Counted from the stretch's first letter, positions 19,900 to 32,492 are shown. The stretch is DNA of 42,323 nucleotides from Escherichia coli (GCF_003334385.1 NZ_QOWN01000038.1), one strand, 5' to 3'. Made by a program: numbers and translations. The notes: generated from the sequence alone by a model not told the origin.

Positions 19900-21942
19900 A
19901 TGACGAATCCGTTACTGACTCCCTTTGAATTGCCTCCGTTTTCTAAAATTCTCCCGGAACATGTCGTTCCAGCCGTGACTAAGGCATTGAACGACTGCCG
20001 CGAAAACGTGGAGCGCGTAGTAGCGCAAGGGGCACCGTACACCTGGGAAAATCTCTGCCAGCCGCTGGCGGAAGTGGACGATGTGTTGGGGCGTATCTTC
20101 TCCCCGGTCAGCCACCTGAACTCGGTGAAAAATAGCCCGGAACTGCGTGAAGCCTACGAACAAACCCTGCCGCTGCTGTCGGAATACAGCACCTGGGTAG
20201 GGCAAAATGAAGGGCTGTATAAAGCGTATCGCGACCTGCGCGATGGCGATCATTACGCCACGCTGAACACGGCGCAGAAGAAAGCGGTTGATAACGCACT
20301 GCGCGACTTTGAACTCTCTGGCATAGGTCTGCCGAAAGAGAAACAGCAGCGTTACGGCGAAATTGCGACCCGTCTTTCTGAACTGGGCAACCAGTACAGC
20401 AACAACGTCCTCGATGCGACAATGGGCTGGACCAAACTCGTTACCGACGAAGCGGAGCTGGCGGGGATGCCAGAAAGCGCGCTGGCTGCGGCAAAAGCCC
20501 AGGCCGAAGCGAAAGAGCTGGAAGGTTATTTGCTGACGCTGGATATCCCAAGCTACTTGCCGGTAATGACCTACTGCGACAACCAGGCTCTGCGTGAAGA
20601 GATGTATCGCGCTTACAGCACCCGCGCCTCCGATCAAGGCCCAAACGCCGGTAAATGGGATAACAGCAAGGTGATGGAAGAGATCCTCGCGCTGCGTCAC
20701 GAACTGGCGCAACTGCTGGGCTTTGAAAACTACGCCTTTAAATCCCTTGCCACTAAAATGGCAGAAAACCCGCAGCAGGTGCTGGATTTCTTAACCGATC
20801 TGGCAAAACGCGCGCGTCCACAAGGCGAAAAAGAGCTGGCGCAATTGCGTGCCTTTGCCAAAGCCGAATTTGGCGTCGATGAGTTGCAGCCGTGGGATAT
20901 CGCTTACTACAGCGAAAAACAAAAACAGCACCTCTACAGCATCAGTGACGAACAGCTGCGTCCGTACTTCCCGGAAAACAAAGCGGTTAACGGCCTGTTT
21001 GAAGTGGTTAAGCGTATTTACGGCATCACCGCTAAAGAGCGTAAAGATGTTGATGTCTGGCATCCGGATGTACGTTTCTTCGAACTGTATGACGAAAATA
21101 ACGAACTGCGCGGTAGCTTCTACCTCGATCTGTATGCCCGTGAAAACAAGCGCGGCGGGGCGTGGATGGATGACTGCGTAGGCCAGATGCGTAAAGCTGA
21201 TGGTTCTTTGCAAAAACCGGTCGCGTATTTGACTTGTAACTTCAACCGCCCGGTAAATGGTAAACCGGCGCTGTTCACTCACGACGAAGTGATCACCCTC
21301 TTCCACGAGTTCGGTCACGGCCTGCACCATATGCTGACCCGCATCGAAACCGCTGGTGTTTCCGGTATCAGCGGTGTGCCGTGGGATGCGGTCGAACTGC
21401 CGAGTCAGTTTATGGAAAACTGGTGCTGGGAGCCGGAGGCGCTGGCGTTTATCTCTGGTCACTATGAAACCGGCGAACCGCTGCCGAAAGAGTTGCTGGA
21501 TAAAATGCTGGCGGCGAAGAACTACCAGGCGGCGCTGTTTATTCTGCGTCAGCTGGAGTTCGGCCTGTTTGATTTCCGCCTTCATGCCGAGTTCCGCCCG
21601 GATCAGGGGGCAAAAATCCTCGAAACTCTGGCAGAAATCAAGAAACTGGTTGCCGTGGTGCCATCTCCGTCCTGGGGCCGTTTCCCGCACGCTTTCAGCC
21701 ATATTTTCGCCGGTGGTTATGCCGCAGGTTACTACAGCTACCTGTGGGCTGACGTACTGGCGGCAGATGCTTTCTCGCGCTTTGAGGAAGAGGGCATTTT
21801 CAACCGTGAAACCGGGCAGTCGTTCCTCGACAACATTCTGAGCCGTGGCGGTTCAGAAGAGCCGATGGATCTGTTCAAACGCTTCCGTGGTCGTGAACCG
21901 CAGCTGGATGCGATGCTGGAGCATTACGGCATTAAGGGCTGA
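19900..21942 (+). CDS. prlC: Oligopeptidase A (M3 zinc metallopeptidase)
   Basis: 680-aa reading frame from ATG 19900 ([17 protein letters not shown]); HEXXH zinc motif in [13 protein letters not shown]. Confidence 0.93.
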   Translation: MTNPLLTPFELPPFSKILPEHVVPAVTKALNDCRENVERVVAQGAPYTWENLCQPLAEVDDVLGRIFSPVSHLNSVKNSPELREAYEQTLPLLSEYSTWVGQNEGLYKAYRDLRDGDHYATLNTAQKKAVDNALRDFELSGIGLPKEKQQRYGEIATRLSELGNQYSNNVLDATMGWTKLVTDEAELAGMPESALAAAKAQAEAKELEGYLLTLDIPSYLPVMTYCDNQALREEMYRAYSTRASDQGPNAGKWDNSKVMEEILALRHELAQLLGFENYAFKSLATKMAENPQQVLDFLTDLAKRARPQGEKELAQLRAFAKAEFGVDELQPWDIAYYSEKQKQHLYSISDEQLRPYFPENKAVNGLFEVVKRIYGITAKERKDVDVWHPDVRFFELYDENNELRGSFYLDLYARENKRGGAWMDDCVGQMRKADGSLQKPVAYLTCNFNRPVNGKPALFTHDEVITLFHEFGHGLHHMLTRIETAGVSGISGVPWDAVELPSQFMENWCWEPEALAFISGHYETGEPLPKELLDKMLAAKNYQAALFILRQLEFGLFDFRLHAEFRPDQGAKILETLAEIKKLVAVVPSPSWGRFPHAFSHIFAGGYAAGYYSYLWADVLAADAFSRFEEEGIFNRETGQSFLDNILSRGGSEEPMDLFKRFRGREPQLDAMLEHYGIKG

Positions 21943-21949
21943 TCATTCA

Positions 21950-22702
21950 GTGAAAATCTGCTTAATTGATGAAACAGGCACCGGAGACGGTGCCTTATCT
22001 GTTCTGGCGGCCCGCTGGGGGCTGGAGCACGATGAAGACAACCTGATGGCGCTGGTGTTAACGCCGGAACATCTGGAATTGCGCAAGCGTGATGAGCCAA
22101 AACTTGGCGGCATCTTTGTTGATTTTGTTGGCGGAGCGATGGCGCACCGACGCAAATTCGGCGGTGGTCGCGGTGAGGCGGTGGCGAAAGCGGTGGGCAT
22201 TAAAGGCGATTATTTGCCGGATGTGGTGGATGCCACTGCAGGACTTGGGCGCGATGCCTTTGTACTGGCTTCAGTCGGCTGCCGCGTGCGGATGCTGGAG
22301 CGTAATCCAGTGGTTGCCGCGCTACTCGACGACGGCCTGGCGCGTGGTTATGCGGATGCGGAAATCGGCGGCTGGTTGCAGGAGCGGTTGCAGTTAATTC
22401 ACGCCTCCAGCCTGACGGCGCTGACTGATATTACCCCGCGCCCGCAGGTGGTTTATCTCGACCCGATGTTCCCGCATAAGCAGAAAAGCGCGCTAGTGAA
22501 AAAAGAGATGCGTGTCTTTCAGTCGCTGGTGGGACCGGATCTTGATGCCGATGGATTACTGGAGCCTGCACGCTTGCTGGCGACCAAACGCGTGGTGGTA
22601 AAGCGCCCGGACTACGCGCCACCGCTGGCGAATGTCGCCACGCCAAACGCGGTAGTCACTAAAGGGCATCGCTTTGATATCTATGCAGGTACGCCAGTGT
22701 AA
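21950..22702 (+). CDS. rsmJ: 16S rRNA guanine N2-methyltransferase RsmJ (GTG start)
   Basis: Recalled RsmJ (250 aa) begins (M)[29 protein letters not shown]; in-frame GTG at 21950, 8 nt after the prlC stop. Confidence 0.88.
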   Translation: MKICLIDETGTGDGALSVLAARWGLEHDEDNLMALVLTPEHLELRKRDEPKLGGIFVDFVGGAMAHRRKFGGGRGEAVAKAVGIKGDYLPDVVDATAGLGRDAFVLASVGCRVRMLERNPVVAALLDDGLARGYADAEIGGWLQERLQLIHASSLTALTDITPRPQVVYLDPMFPHKQKSALVKKEMRVFQSLVGPDLDADGLLEPARLLATKRVVVKRPDYAPPLANVATPNAVVTKGHRFDIYAGTPV

Positions 22703-22740
22703 AACTAAAACAGGGTAGCGATAACGCTACCCTGCTTTCT
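22703..22740. terminator. Bidirectional terminator between the convergent rsmJ and dtpB
   Basis: cagggtagcg ataa cgctaccctg hairpin flanked by an A-rich run on one side and T-rich run on the other. Confidence 0.5.
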
Positions 22741-22750
22741 GCAAGAATAA

Positions 22751-24220
22751 TTAATGGCTTTCCGGCGTCGCAATCATGCGTTTCAGCCACGGCACCATCA
22801 ACAGCATCACTACTGCAACGCCCAGCGTGACCAGACCAATCTTACCAAACACGTTGGTATAGACGGGCAACGTCTCAAGCGGATCGGTAATGTTGTCCGG
22901 CACCGCGGTAAATGTTGCCACATAGCCGCCCAGCAAGAACGCGGCAGCCTGCGTCAGGAACCACATCCCGAGAATAAAGCCCATCAAATGCTGCGGCACC
23001 AGGGCAGCAATCATCGCCAAGCCAAGGGCGCTAATAAACAGTTCACCTAAGCTCTGGAATAAGTACACCAGCACGATAAACCATGGCGATGTCAGCCCTT
23101 GTGCATCCGCAAACCACATTCCCGCAGCTGCCGCCGTCAAAAAGCCCAGTGAGCACATAAACATGCCGAGAGTAAATTTCATCGGCATCGAGAGGTCTTT
23201 GCCTTTGTTACCCAGATGCGTGTAAATGCCTGCCAGTATTGGGCTGGCGAGTACCACCCAGAACGGGTTAAGCGCCTGGAAGCTGACCGGGTTGATGGAA
23301 AAACCGAGAATTTCATGATGCACGTTGTTGATGGCAAAGAAGTTCAGCGATGTTGGCATCTGGGCGTAGAGAATGTAAAACACCACCGCTTCGAGCATCA
23401 GGACAAAGGCGACAAACATTTTATTGCGCCCGGTTTTATCCAGCTTGAATGCCTGACGAAAGAAGATGATGGTGACGACGATGGAGAGAACAATCAGCAC
23501 CAGATTGGCGACTTCTACGTTGTGCATCAGCCATGCGCATACGAAGATCATCACCACGCTGCCAAGTAACACGTACAACAGTTTGCTGAAGCTCATTGGC
23601 CGGAAGTCGGGTTCAGAACCAATGTCTTTCACCATTCCACGACAGGCGATGTAAACCAGTAATGCGATAATTAACCCCGCCCCGCACAGGTTGTAGGTGA
23701 CTGAATAACCGAATCTATCAGCGATCACAGGGGCCAGCGATAACGCTATCAACGAGCCGATGTTGATCGACATATAGAACAGGGTGAATGCGCCATCAAG
23801 CCGCGGATCTTTCGGCGGATAGCACTTCGAAAGCAAGCTGGCTGGGTTAGCTTTAAACAGGCCGTTACCGACAGCGATAGTCCCCAGGGCGATGAAAATC
23901 AGGTCAGGCTTAAGTAGCGACATGCCGGTCATGAAGTAGCCAATCGCCAGCACAAGTGCTCCAAGAACAATGGTGCGTTTGGTCCCCAGCAGGTGGTCGC
24001 CGACATAGCCGCCAATGGAAATGAGGCCATAGACCAGCGCAGCAAAAGCACCAAAAGTGACAAAAGCCTGCTCTTGCGAGAATCCAAGCTGTTTAACGAA
24101 GAAAACCGCCAGTACGCCCTGCACGCCGTAGTAACCGAATCGCTCCCATAACTCGACAAAAAAGATCATGAAAAATGGGCGAGGTTGCTGCAGCATCCCC
24201 ATGGGTGTTGTTGTATTCAT
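22751..24220 (-). CDS. dtpB: Dipeptide/tripeptide:proton symporter DtpB (POT family)
   Basis: 489-aa polytopic ORF with POT-family features ([14 protein letters not shown]..., [10 protein letters not shown]); exact length match. Confidence 0.96.
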
Positions 24221-24479
24221 ATTTATTAACCTTCCAATACCATCCTGAAAAGTATGAACGCGTAAGGGATAACGCGCGAAAAAGTTTACATCTGTCAGAG
24301 ATTCTTAATATTGATGCGGTGAATAGATTAATACACTATTACAACAGAAAATAACCAGATGATCACACTAATGATGGAAAATATGATGGTGTTAAATGTT
24401 GTATTGGCTGGGGATTTTGATTGCGTACGCAGACCGTAGGCCAGATAAGGTGTTTACGCTGATCAGGTAACAAGGCGCG

Positions 24480-24512
24480 CCAAAAAGCAAAACGCCCGCA
24501 TATGCGGGCGTT
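24480..24512 (-). terminator. Rho-independent terminator of uspA
   Basis: Minus-strand hairpin aacgcccgcatatgcgggcgtt followed by a T-run (plus-strand A-run at 24480-24490), just downstream of the uspA stop. Confidence 0.55.
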
Positions 24513-24536
24513 CAGGAACACGTCGTAGAGGGAAGA

Positions 24537-24971
24537 TTATTCTTCTTCGTCGCGCAGCGGAACAATCAGCATATCAACGTGAACGGTGTTGATCAGCTGA
24601 CGTGCGGAAGACATCAGTTTGCTCCAGAAGTCCTGGTGGTGACCACAAACCACCAAATCCATATCGTATTTCTTGATTGCATCGACCAGAACCTGGCCCA
24701 GGTCGCCGCTGCCGCTCAGGGTTTCAGTGATTGGGTAGCCTGCATTAGTGGAAAGCTCGGTCAGTGCATGATGTGTCTCTTCAGAGATGCGTTTCTGCAT
24801 ATCACCCAGATTCACATCAATAAGCCCGGTGTATAGGTCAGAGTAGTTTACATCTACGTGGATCAGAGAAACTTTCGCATTGTAGGGGCGAGCCATAGAG
24901 ACTGCTTTCTCTACCAGAACTTTGCTTTCCGGGGAGAGGTCGACCGCGATGAGAATGTGTTTATAAGCCAT
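24537..24971 (-). CDS. uspA: Universal stress protein A
   Basis: 144-aa [53 protein letters not shown]...; exact length match. Confidence 0.97.
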
Positions 24972-25361
24972 AGTGTTACTCCTTCCATAAAGTTGTCGAT
25001 GACTGGCCAGCTAGCGTTTCTTGTGCCGTTACGTCACCCGCGTCCTGCGAACTACGTGCGCGGGGCTAACCCAGCCGTAAAGATTCAGTGTTAAGACCAT
25101 CCTTACCTTATAGCGACCCGGATGATCCGTCAATCCGCCTTGCTTACTCGTTAGATAAACAAATTTTCGACATGAATATATTGATAGTGGTTAACCTTCT
25201 GGAAAAAAAACAACCTGATCTCCTACACTATCTATAGAGCCGCTCGTATGTTGGTCACCACAAAAGCGGTTTCTCCAGGACCTGGTGTTAACTGATTGGC
25301 AGCGTATCGGGAGCGGTAGCCCCGGGGTGGAACTCCGCGGGCAGGTCGCCGGGGAGGAGGT

Positions 25362-25697
25362 ATGATAAGCACCGTCGCATTATTTTGGGCTTTATGTGTC
25401 GTTTGCATTGTTAACATGGCGCGCTATTTCTCATCACTACGCGCGTTGTTAGTGGTACTGCGTAACTGCGATCCATTGCTCTATCAATATGTTGATGGAG
25501 GGGGCTTTTTTACCTCACATGGCCAACCCAACAAACAGGTGCGTCTCGTTTGGTATATCTATGCCCAACGTTATCGCGATCATCACGATGATGAATTTAT
25601 TCGCCGCTGTGAGCGGGTGCGTCGGCAGTTTATTCTGACCAGCGCATTGTGTGGTCTGGTGGTGGTCAGCCTGATTGCATTGATGATTTGGCATTAA
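25362..25697 (+). CDS. uspB: Universal stress protein B (small membrane protein)
   Basis: 111-aa ORF with two hydrophobic segments, divergent from uspA; SD GGAGGAGG immediately upstream. Confidence 0.95.
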
Positions 25698-25775
25698 GCA
25701 CTTCAGCAATAATAACGCATAAAAAAAGCGGGCCAGTAAACTGACCCGCTCGAGACTGATTACAAACGCAAAATT

Positions 25776-25874
25776 GCCTGATGCGCTACGCTTATCAGGC
25801 CTACATAATCTCTGCAATCTATTGAATTTGCATGTTTTTGTAGGCCGGATAAGGCGTTCACGCCGCATCCGGCA
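25776..25874. repeat. Pair of inverted REP elements (BIME) between uspB and pitA
   Basis: gcctgatgcgctacgcttatcaggcctac (25776-25804) and tgtaggccggataaggcgttcacgccgcatccggca (25839-25874). Confidence 0.65.
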
Positions 25875-25940
25875 TGAACAAAGCGCACTATGTCACAATC
25901 TGAAGCGGGCCAGCTGACCCGCTCGTTTTGGTGCGTACGA

Positions 25941-27440
25941 TTACAGGAACTGCAAGGAGAGCCAGTACAGCCCGCCGGAAAGCAGTACCGCAGCCGGAAG
26001 GGTAAACACCCAGGCCATCAGAATGCTGGTCACGGTTTTACGCTGTAAGCCGCCACCATCTACCACCATCGTCCCCGCGACAGAAGAGGAGAGTACGTGA
26101 GTAGTGGAAACCGGCATCCCGGTATAACTCGCCAGGCCGATAGACACTGCCGCCGTCATCTGGGCAGACATCCCCTGAGCGTAGGTCATGCCTTTCTTAC
26201 CGATTTTCTCACCGATAGTCGTTGCCACACGGCGCCAGCCAATCATCGTACCGATACCTAACGCCAGCGCGACCGCCATGATGATCCACACCGGTGCATA
26301 CTCGATGGTGCTAAGCATGTCGGACTTCAGTTTCTTCAACAGGCGCTGATCGTCAGCACTCACGCCAGGCATCTTCACCACTTTGTCGATAGTGTCAGAA
26401 ACGCACAGCATAATGCGGCGCATCTGGCTACGTTGATCAAGCGACAGCTTGTCGTAGCTTTCCACATCGGTGGTCAACATACCTTTCAGGCGGTTGAGCG
26501 CGTTAATGGTATTCGACGGATGGCAGTGGAACTCCGCAGGTTGCGTTGCGCCAGCTTCCGGAGCCGGTACTAACTGATCAGCACCGGTAGCCTGTTTGAG
26601 CAGCGCAGGATGCTGCTCAAAGTAAGCTTCGACGTTGTTGATGGCATCACGGGTACGGGTGATTTCGTAGCCAGTGGCATTCATGTTCACCACGAAGCCT
26701 GCTGGCGCGACGCCAATCAATACCAACATAACCAGACCAATGCCTTTCTGACCATCGTTCGCGCCGTGCGAAAACGCCACGCCGATAGCGGAAAGGATCA
26801 GCGCAATACGCGTCCAGAACGGCGGCTTTTTCTTGCCGTCTTTCTTTTCACGCTCCGCTGGGGTCAGGTGGATACGGGCGCGTTTCTTGGTGCCGCTCCA
26901 GTAGCGACGCAGCAAGAAAATCAGACCGCCAGCAAACACCAGGCCGACAATAGGGGAAACGATCAGAGAACCGAAAATACTTAATACTTTCGGGATATTG
27001 AGTGCATCCACCACTGACGTCCCGGTCATCAACGCATTGGTTAAACCAATCCCGATGATCGCGCCAATCAGCGTATGAGAGCTGGATGCAGGTAAACCAA
27101 AGTACCAGGTACCCAGGTTCCAGATAATCGCCGCCAGCAACATAGAGAACACCATGGCAAGGCCATGAGACGATCCCATATTAAGCAGCAGATCCGTCGG
27201 CAGCATATGCACAATGGCATAGGCAACACTCAGACCACCCAGCAAAACACCCAAAAAGTTGAATACCGCCGCCATAACCACGGCGAGCTGAGAACGCATC
27301 GCGCGGGTATAGATAACGGTTGCCACGGCGTTGGCTGTGTCATGGAAACCATTGATGGCTTCGTAGAACAGCACAAAAGCCAGTGCAAGCAATAATAACA
27401 GCCCGGTATGCAAATCCAGGCCAGCAAACAAATGTAGCAT
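25941..27440 (-). CDS. pitA: Low-affinity inorganic phosphate transporter PitA
   Basis: 499-aa polytopic ORF with duplicated PHO4 signature ([15 protein letters not shown]... / [10 protein letters not shown]); exact length match. Confidence 0.97.
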
Positions 27441-27671
27441 AGGACGTTACGCCATTTTGAGGACATGAACGCGGCGCATTATCAGTGACTTTCGCGGCGC
27501 GGGCAAAGTGAAATATAGACTTTTTTTGATTTGCCCCCTGTATGGATTTCACTCAAAAAATAATTATCTTATATAATTCAGGCAAATACTTCCTTTTAGT
27601 AATATTGATGCTGGTGCGACCACTGAGGAATCTTTACAATTCACGCCCGTTTTTTCTAAGAGGAGCGCAAC

Positions 27672-28874
27672 GTGGAAAGGTTTGATGCCATTATTATAGG
27701 CGCTGGTGCGGCGGGTATGTTCTGTTCTGCGCTGGCAGGTCAGGCAGGACGCCGGGTTCTGCTGATCGATAATGGTAAAAAACCAGGGCGCAAAATCCTT
27801 ATGTCTGGCGGTGGGCGCTGCAACTTTACCAACCTTTATGTCGAACCAGGCGCTTATCTGAGCCAGAATCCGCATTTTTGTAAGTCTGCACTCGCACGTT
27901 TTACCCAGTGGGATTTCATTGATCTGGTCAATAAACACGGCATCGCCTGGCACGAGAAAACGTTAGGGCAACTCTTCTGCGATGACTCCGCGCAGCAGAT
28001 TGTCGACATGCTGGTGGATGAGTGCGAGAAGGGCAATGTGACCTTCAGATTGCGTAGCGAAGTGCTGAGTGTGGCGAAGGATGAAACAGGCTTCACGCTT
28101 GATCTGAACGGCATGACTGTCGGTTGCGAAAAGCTGGTCATCGCGACTGGTGGGCTGTCAATGCCGGGGCTGGGCGCGTCGCCGTTTGGTTATAAGATTG
28201 CCGAACAATTTGGCCTCAACGTGCTGCCGACCCGCGCGGGTCTGGTGCCATTCACTCTGCATAAACCGTTGCTCGAAGAGTTACAGGTGCTGGCGGGCGT
28301 GGCGGTGCCTTCCGTGATTACCGCTGAAAACGGCACCGTTTTCCGTGAGAACTTACTCTTCACCCACCGCGGCTTGTCTGGACCGGCGGTGTTGCAGATT
28401 TCAAGCTACTGGCAACCGGGGGAATTTGTCAGCATCAATCTGCTACCGGATGTGGACCTCGAAACCTTCCTGAATGAGCAGCGTAACGCACATCCGAATC
28501 AAAGCCTGAAAAACACACTGGCGGTTCATCTACCGAAGCGGTTGGTTGAACGCTTACAGCAACTCGGGCAAATCCCGGATGTTTCGCTAAAACAGCTCAA
28601 CGTGCGTGACCAACAGGCACTGATTAGCACATTGACCGACTGGCGCGTACAACCCAACGGCACTGAAGGCTATCGCACTGCCGAAGTGACGCTCGGCGGC
28701 GTGGACACCAACGAACTCTCTTCACGGACGATGGAAGCGCGCAAAGTGCCTGGGCTGTACTTCATCGGCGAAGTGATGGACGTCACCGGCTGGCTGGGGG
28801 GCTATAACTTCCAGTGGGCGTGGTCGAGTGCGTGGGCTTGTGCGCAGGATTTGATTGCAGCAAAGTCGTCCTGA
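27672..28874 (+). CDS. yhiN: Predicted FAD/NAD(P)-binding flavoprotein YhiN (HI0933-like)
   Basis: 400-aa ORF MERFDAIIIGAGAAGMFCSA with an N-terminal Rossmann GxGxxG; SD gaggag upstream. Confidence 0.95.
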   Translation: MERFDAIIIGAGAAGMFCSALAGQAGRRVLLIDNGKKPGRKILMSGGGRCNFTNLYVEPGAYLSQNPHFCKSALARFTQWDFIDLVNKHGIAWHEKTLGQLFCDDSAQQIVDMLVDECEKGNVTFRLRSEVLSVAKDETGFTLDLNGMTVGCEKLVIATGGLSMPGLGASPFGYKIAEQFGLNVLPTRAGLVPFTLHKPLLEELQVLAGVAVPSVITAENGTVFRENLLFTHRGLSGPAVLQISSYWQPGEFVSINLLPDVDLETFLNEQRNAHPNQSLKNTLAVHLPKRLVERLQQLGQIPDVSLKQLNVRDQQALISTLTDWRVQPNGTEGYRTAEVTLGGVDTNELSSRTMEARKVPGLYFIGEVMDVTGWLGGYNFQWAWSSAWACAQDLIAAKSS

Positions 28875-29188
28875 CCTATTTCCTAAAGATGAAAATTATT
28901 AGAGTCGCATTAAAAATGAGCTAATTTTGATAGTGGTTATCTTGTGATTATTTTCTAATGAGCCCGTGAACTGAAACCCTCCATGCTTAATATAAGGTGG
29001 ATGGAAAGGTGATTGAAAACTCACCCAGTGGCCAGATCTTTATGAAATATGAACAGGTTGAAAAAAACAGTAACTTTGCTGTTTTTTATACTTAACCACT
29101 ATGCATTAATGCTGCGTTATTTCATGATGCCTAAGAAAAACCAGCGTTACGCAAATGGTCAACGCTGGTTTTATCCGGTACGTTGCAA

Positions 29189-30241
29189 TTATTTTTTAGC
29201 AGAACCCGCTTCTAATATTGAAACGATTGAGAACAACGTAAAGCATACCGCTCCCAAACCGACCAGAACTCGCGAAGGAATAAAATATCCCATGTCGGTC
29301 TGCGCCATTTCCGCAAGAAACGATGCCAGGAAAAGGCAAAACAGGCAGGTGAAGACGGGAATCATCGGTATTCTGTTGGCTAACGAACAGGTACGTCTCC
29401 ATACCAGTGCCAGTAGCCAGACTTTTGAGAATATGCTGTAACAGATCATTCCGAGGCAAATAAGAATAATGCCGGGAGCCAGTCGGGCGCTTGCATCGGA
29501 ACTGACTAAGACGTATATCCCCTGCAGTACCGTGATTGAGCCGAGAAAAATAACCCAATAACACCACAGCCAGTGTTCTTTAGTTGAAAACGTATTACGT
29601 GTTTGATGGACAATTGTGGCAACAAGGCCAATTAGACAGGCACAGATTGCGGTTAACCCAAGCAATACGTGACCCGCGACATAATGCGGAGTTATGTCAG
29701 CACTACGTAACAGCGTAATAGACCAAATGAAACCGAGCAGGGTGAGTAAAACGGGAACGGCAATGAGGCAGTTACCGATTAATGAAGAATAAGCCTGTAC
29801 CGGTGTTCCGTCGCTCTTGCTCCCCGCTGCATTTTTGGGAATGAGCAGAAAGTGACCGGATGACGCTGCCACCGTCGATACACAGGCGGCAATCATACCA
29901 ACGCCGAAAATAACATGGCCGGCGACAAACTCGTCTGCCATCACATCATTGCCTGCTAACAGTGCCCAACCCCATATCATGGTGATAATTGACCCCGCAT
30001 AGCCAATAATGGGGAACAATGTATTGTAAAACGTATTAACGCCGCGCGTGAGCTGCGAAATGATAATAAATGCGGTAGTGAATAATGCCAGGCATATGGC
30101 CGCCAGAGAAATCAGCACATGACCCGCGACGAAATACTCGCTTTGCCCTGAACTTTCCAGCACAAAGCCACCTAACGCGATACAAATTAAGCCCATAATC
30201 AAAGGGATTAATTTGAAAAGCCACCCGATATATATGTTCAC
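29189..30241 (-). CDS. yhiM: Inner membrane protein YhiM (GTG start)
   Basis: Recalled YhiM (350 aa) begins (M)NIYIGWLFKLIPLIMGLICIALGG; corresponds to GTG at 30241 preceded by gaggag; repeated FVAGHV and YVAGHV membrane motifs. Confidence 0.85.
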   Translation of the reverse strand: MNIYIGWLFKLIPLIMGLICIALGGFVLESSGQSEYFVAGHVLISLAAICLALFTTAFIIISQLTRGVNTFYNTLFPIIGYAGSIITMIWGWALLAGNDVMADEFVAGHVIFGVGMIAACVSTVAASSGHFLLIPKNAAGSKSDGTPVQAYSSLIGNCLIAVPVLLTLLGFIWSITLLRSADITPHYVAGHVLLGLTAICACLIGLVATIVHQTRNTFSTKEHWLWCYWVIFLGSITVLQGIYVLVSSDASARLAPGIILICLGMICYSIFSKVWLLALVWRRTCSLANRIPMIPVFTCLFCLFLASFLAEMAQTDMGYFIPSRVLVGLGAVCFTLFSIVSILEAGSAKK

Positions 30242-30623
30242 TTTAAACTCCTCAGGTATCCCTGCTAATATTGAAATATGCATTAATGATAATTTCATCC
30301 TGTTAATATAATGACGAGATATCATTAAAGACAAATGCATAGCATAACTATAGCGGGGTTTACTTTGCAGAGCGCTACTTTTCAGCGTTCAAAAGGCCAT
30401 GATAAATAAAAATTTATCCTAAGATTAATTCTTATGCTGTTGTTTTTTACAATTATCTTCCAGGGAGGGATTATTCTTCATTATTTGGTAAAAGACCGGA
30501 TAGTCTCGGTGCTTAAAATCAGCGAACATATAAGTATTATTATTTTATATCGTCGTAAATCTGTTTTTCAGACAAGTATCATTTATTTTGTTACAAACAA
30601 TTCAAAAATATCACAGGTTATTT

Positions 30624-32231
30624 ATGAAAGCAATTGACAATCAGATTAGAAACATCTCTTCAAGCCATCAAGATAAGCATTCAGATAAAGTTAACAGTCA
30701 TCAACACCATGGCAAGGTTGATAAAACACATCGTGCAAAGATAGTTGAATTTGATAAACTGGATAATGATTCGCAAATAGATAACGATTTTGGCCTGCAT
30801 ATCATCTATTTCCTGCAACATGGTCACTGGAAGGTAAATGATCGTAGTCACCAGATGGAGAAAGTATGGTTTTATAATAGTGAACCTTCTATAGATATTC
30901 AAGAATATAATAGATTCGCCGACAATACTACTGATACGTTTATCTTTACAATTATACCAGACAATAACCATGTGTTAAAATTATCGTCTCCCATTACCGT
31001 TACTGTTGAGTGTAAGGGCGGTTATTATTTTATTAATTCCTCTGGAGATAAATCAGATATAATTTATAAAGTTGATGGGCTTTCTATCATAGCGAGAAAT
31101 TTCTTTACTCTTCTTAGTGGTAATTTCAAATCTGACTGGCGTTGGGATGTCTCTAAAGAGACGTTTACTAAGGAAAAGTTTGATAGCTATGTTAAATCTG
31201 TGTTTTCAAAAATAGACTTCTATAAACAGTGTGGTGTGATTAACCCACAAAATGCCAACACGGCTTATTTTGGCGATACAGATGGAAGAGTAGGCGCTGT
31301 ACTTTATGCATTGCTCGTTTCAGGGCATATAGGCATCAGGGAAAAGGGTTGGAGTTTATTATGTGAATTATTAAAACACGAAGAGATGGCTTCATCTGCA
31401 TACAAACATAAAAATAATAAAGTGCTCTACGATTTATTAAATACGAGAGACATGATCTTGAATGAGTTGCATCAACATGTTTTTTTAAAGGACGATGCGA
31501 TAACCCCTTGTATCTTCCTTGGGGATCATACAGGCGATAGATTTAGTACTATTTTTGGTGATAAATATATCCTTACTTTGCTAAATTCTATGCGAAATAT
31601 GGAGGGTAATAAAGATAGCCGTATTAATAAAAATGTCGTCGTTCTGGCTGGAAATCATGAAATCAATTTTAATGGTAACTATACTGCACGACTAGCAAAT
31701 CATAAACTCTCTGCCGGTGATACGTATAACTTAATTAAAACGCTCGATGTTTGTAATTATGACTCAGAAAGGCAAGTTTTAACCAGTCATCACGGAATAA
31801 TAAGAGATGAAGAAAAAAAATGTTATTGTCTCGGTGCTTTGCAGGTTCCATTTAATCAGATGAAAAATCCTACTGATCCTGAGGAATTAGCCAATATTTT
31901 TAATAAAAAACATAAAGAACACATGGATGATCCTCTATTCCATCTAATCCGAAGCAATACTTTGAAACCCACACCTGTATATGCTAATTATTTTGATAAC
32001 ACTACTGATTTCAGACCAGCACGTGAACGTATCTTCATATGTGGGGAGACACTCAAAGGTGAAGACCCCAGCAAATACATTAGACAAAAATATGGGCATC
32101 ATGGGCCCGGGGTAGATCATAATCAACAATTTGATAATGGTATTATGGGGCTAAATTCCCTGAAGGAAGCACGTGATAAAAATAATAAAATAATTTATTC
32201 CTCAGGGCTTAGTTGTTTTCAACCACATTAA
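30624..32231 (+). CDS. yhiL: YhiL-like protein, intact 535 aa; C-terminal half has a divergent metallophosphoesterase-like motif set
   Basis: ATG at 30624 (MKAIDNQIRN...) inside the track ORF that begins at a TTG; AT-rich; shares YFGDTDGxVGAVL, PCxFLGDxTGDRFS, VLAGNHExNxNGNY and SHHGI motifs with the downstream paralog. As I recall, yhiL is a pseudogene in K-12. Confidence 0.8.
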   Translation: MKAIDNQIRNISSSHQDKHSDKVNSHQHHGKVDKTHRAKIVEFDKLDNDSQIDNDFGLHIIYFLQHGHWKVNDRSHQMEKVWFYNSEPSIDIQEYNRFADNTTDTFIFTIIPDNNHVLKLSSPITVTVECKGGYYFINSSGDKSDIIYKVDGLSIIARNFFTLLSGNFKSDWRWDVSKETFTKEKFDSYVKSVFSKIDFYKQCGVINPQNANTAYFGDTDGRVGAVLYALLVSGHIGIREKGWSLLCELLKHEEMASSAYKHKNNKVLYDLLNTRDMILNELHQHVFLKDDAITPCIFLGDHTGDRFSTIFGDKYILTLLNSMRNMEGNKDSRINKNVVVLAGNHEINFNGNYTARLANHKLSAGDTYNLIKTLDVCNYDSERQVLTSHHGIIRDEEKKCYCLGALQVPFNQMKNPTDPEELANIFNKKHKEHMDDPLFHLIRSNTLKPTPVYANYFDNTTDFRPARERIFICGETLKGEDPSKYIRQKYGHHGPGVDHNQQFDNGIMGLNSLKEARDKNNKIIYSSGLSCFQPH

Positions 32232-32492
32232 AACTCCATGAATACGGTGGTATGTCTTTTTAATCCTGCCAGTATTTCATAGGTTTTCTTAATCGATTGT
32301 AGAGGCATGTTCTGATGACGCCTCTACAATCTTTAGGGACTTTCTCTGCTATGAGATAAGAAATTTCATATTATGCTTTGAGGCTGAATGATTTGTGCAA
32401 AATATAATTATTTTCCCATCGAACATGAGGTGTATGTCATAAGATAAAATGTTAACTATGTATTCCTCGCGGTAAATAATATGAGGTAAAAT

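Noticed and set aside
19912-21702. Minus-strand ORFs of 266 aa (19912-20712), 104 aa, 67 aa and 303 aa (20791-21702) inside prlC
   Set aside because: All lie antisense within the prlC coding region, which has a clear HEXXH metallopeptidase signature; translations are Arg/Gln-rich shadow frames.
29049-29441. 130-aa plus-strand ORF overlapping the 3' end of yhiM
   Set aside because: Mostly antisense to the yhiM coding region; the yhiM frame is strongly supported by membrane-protein periodicity.
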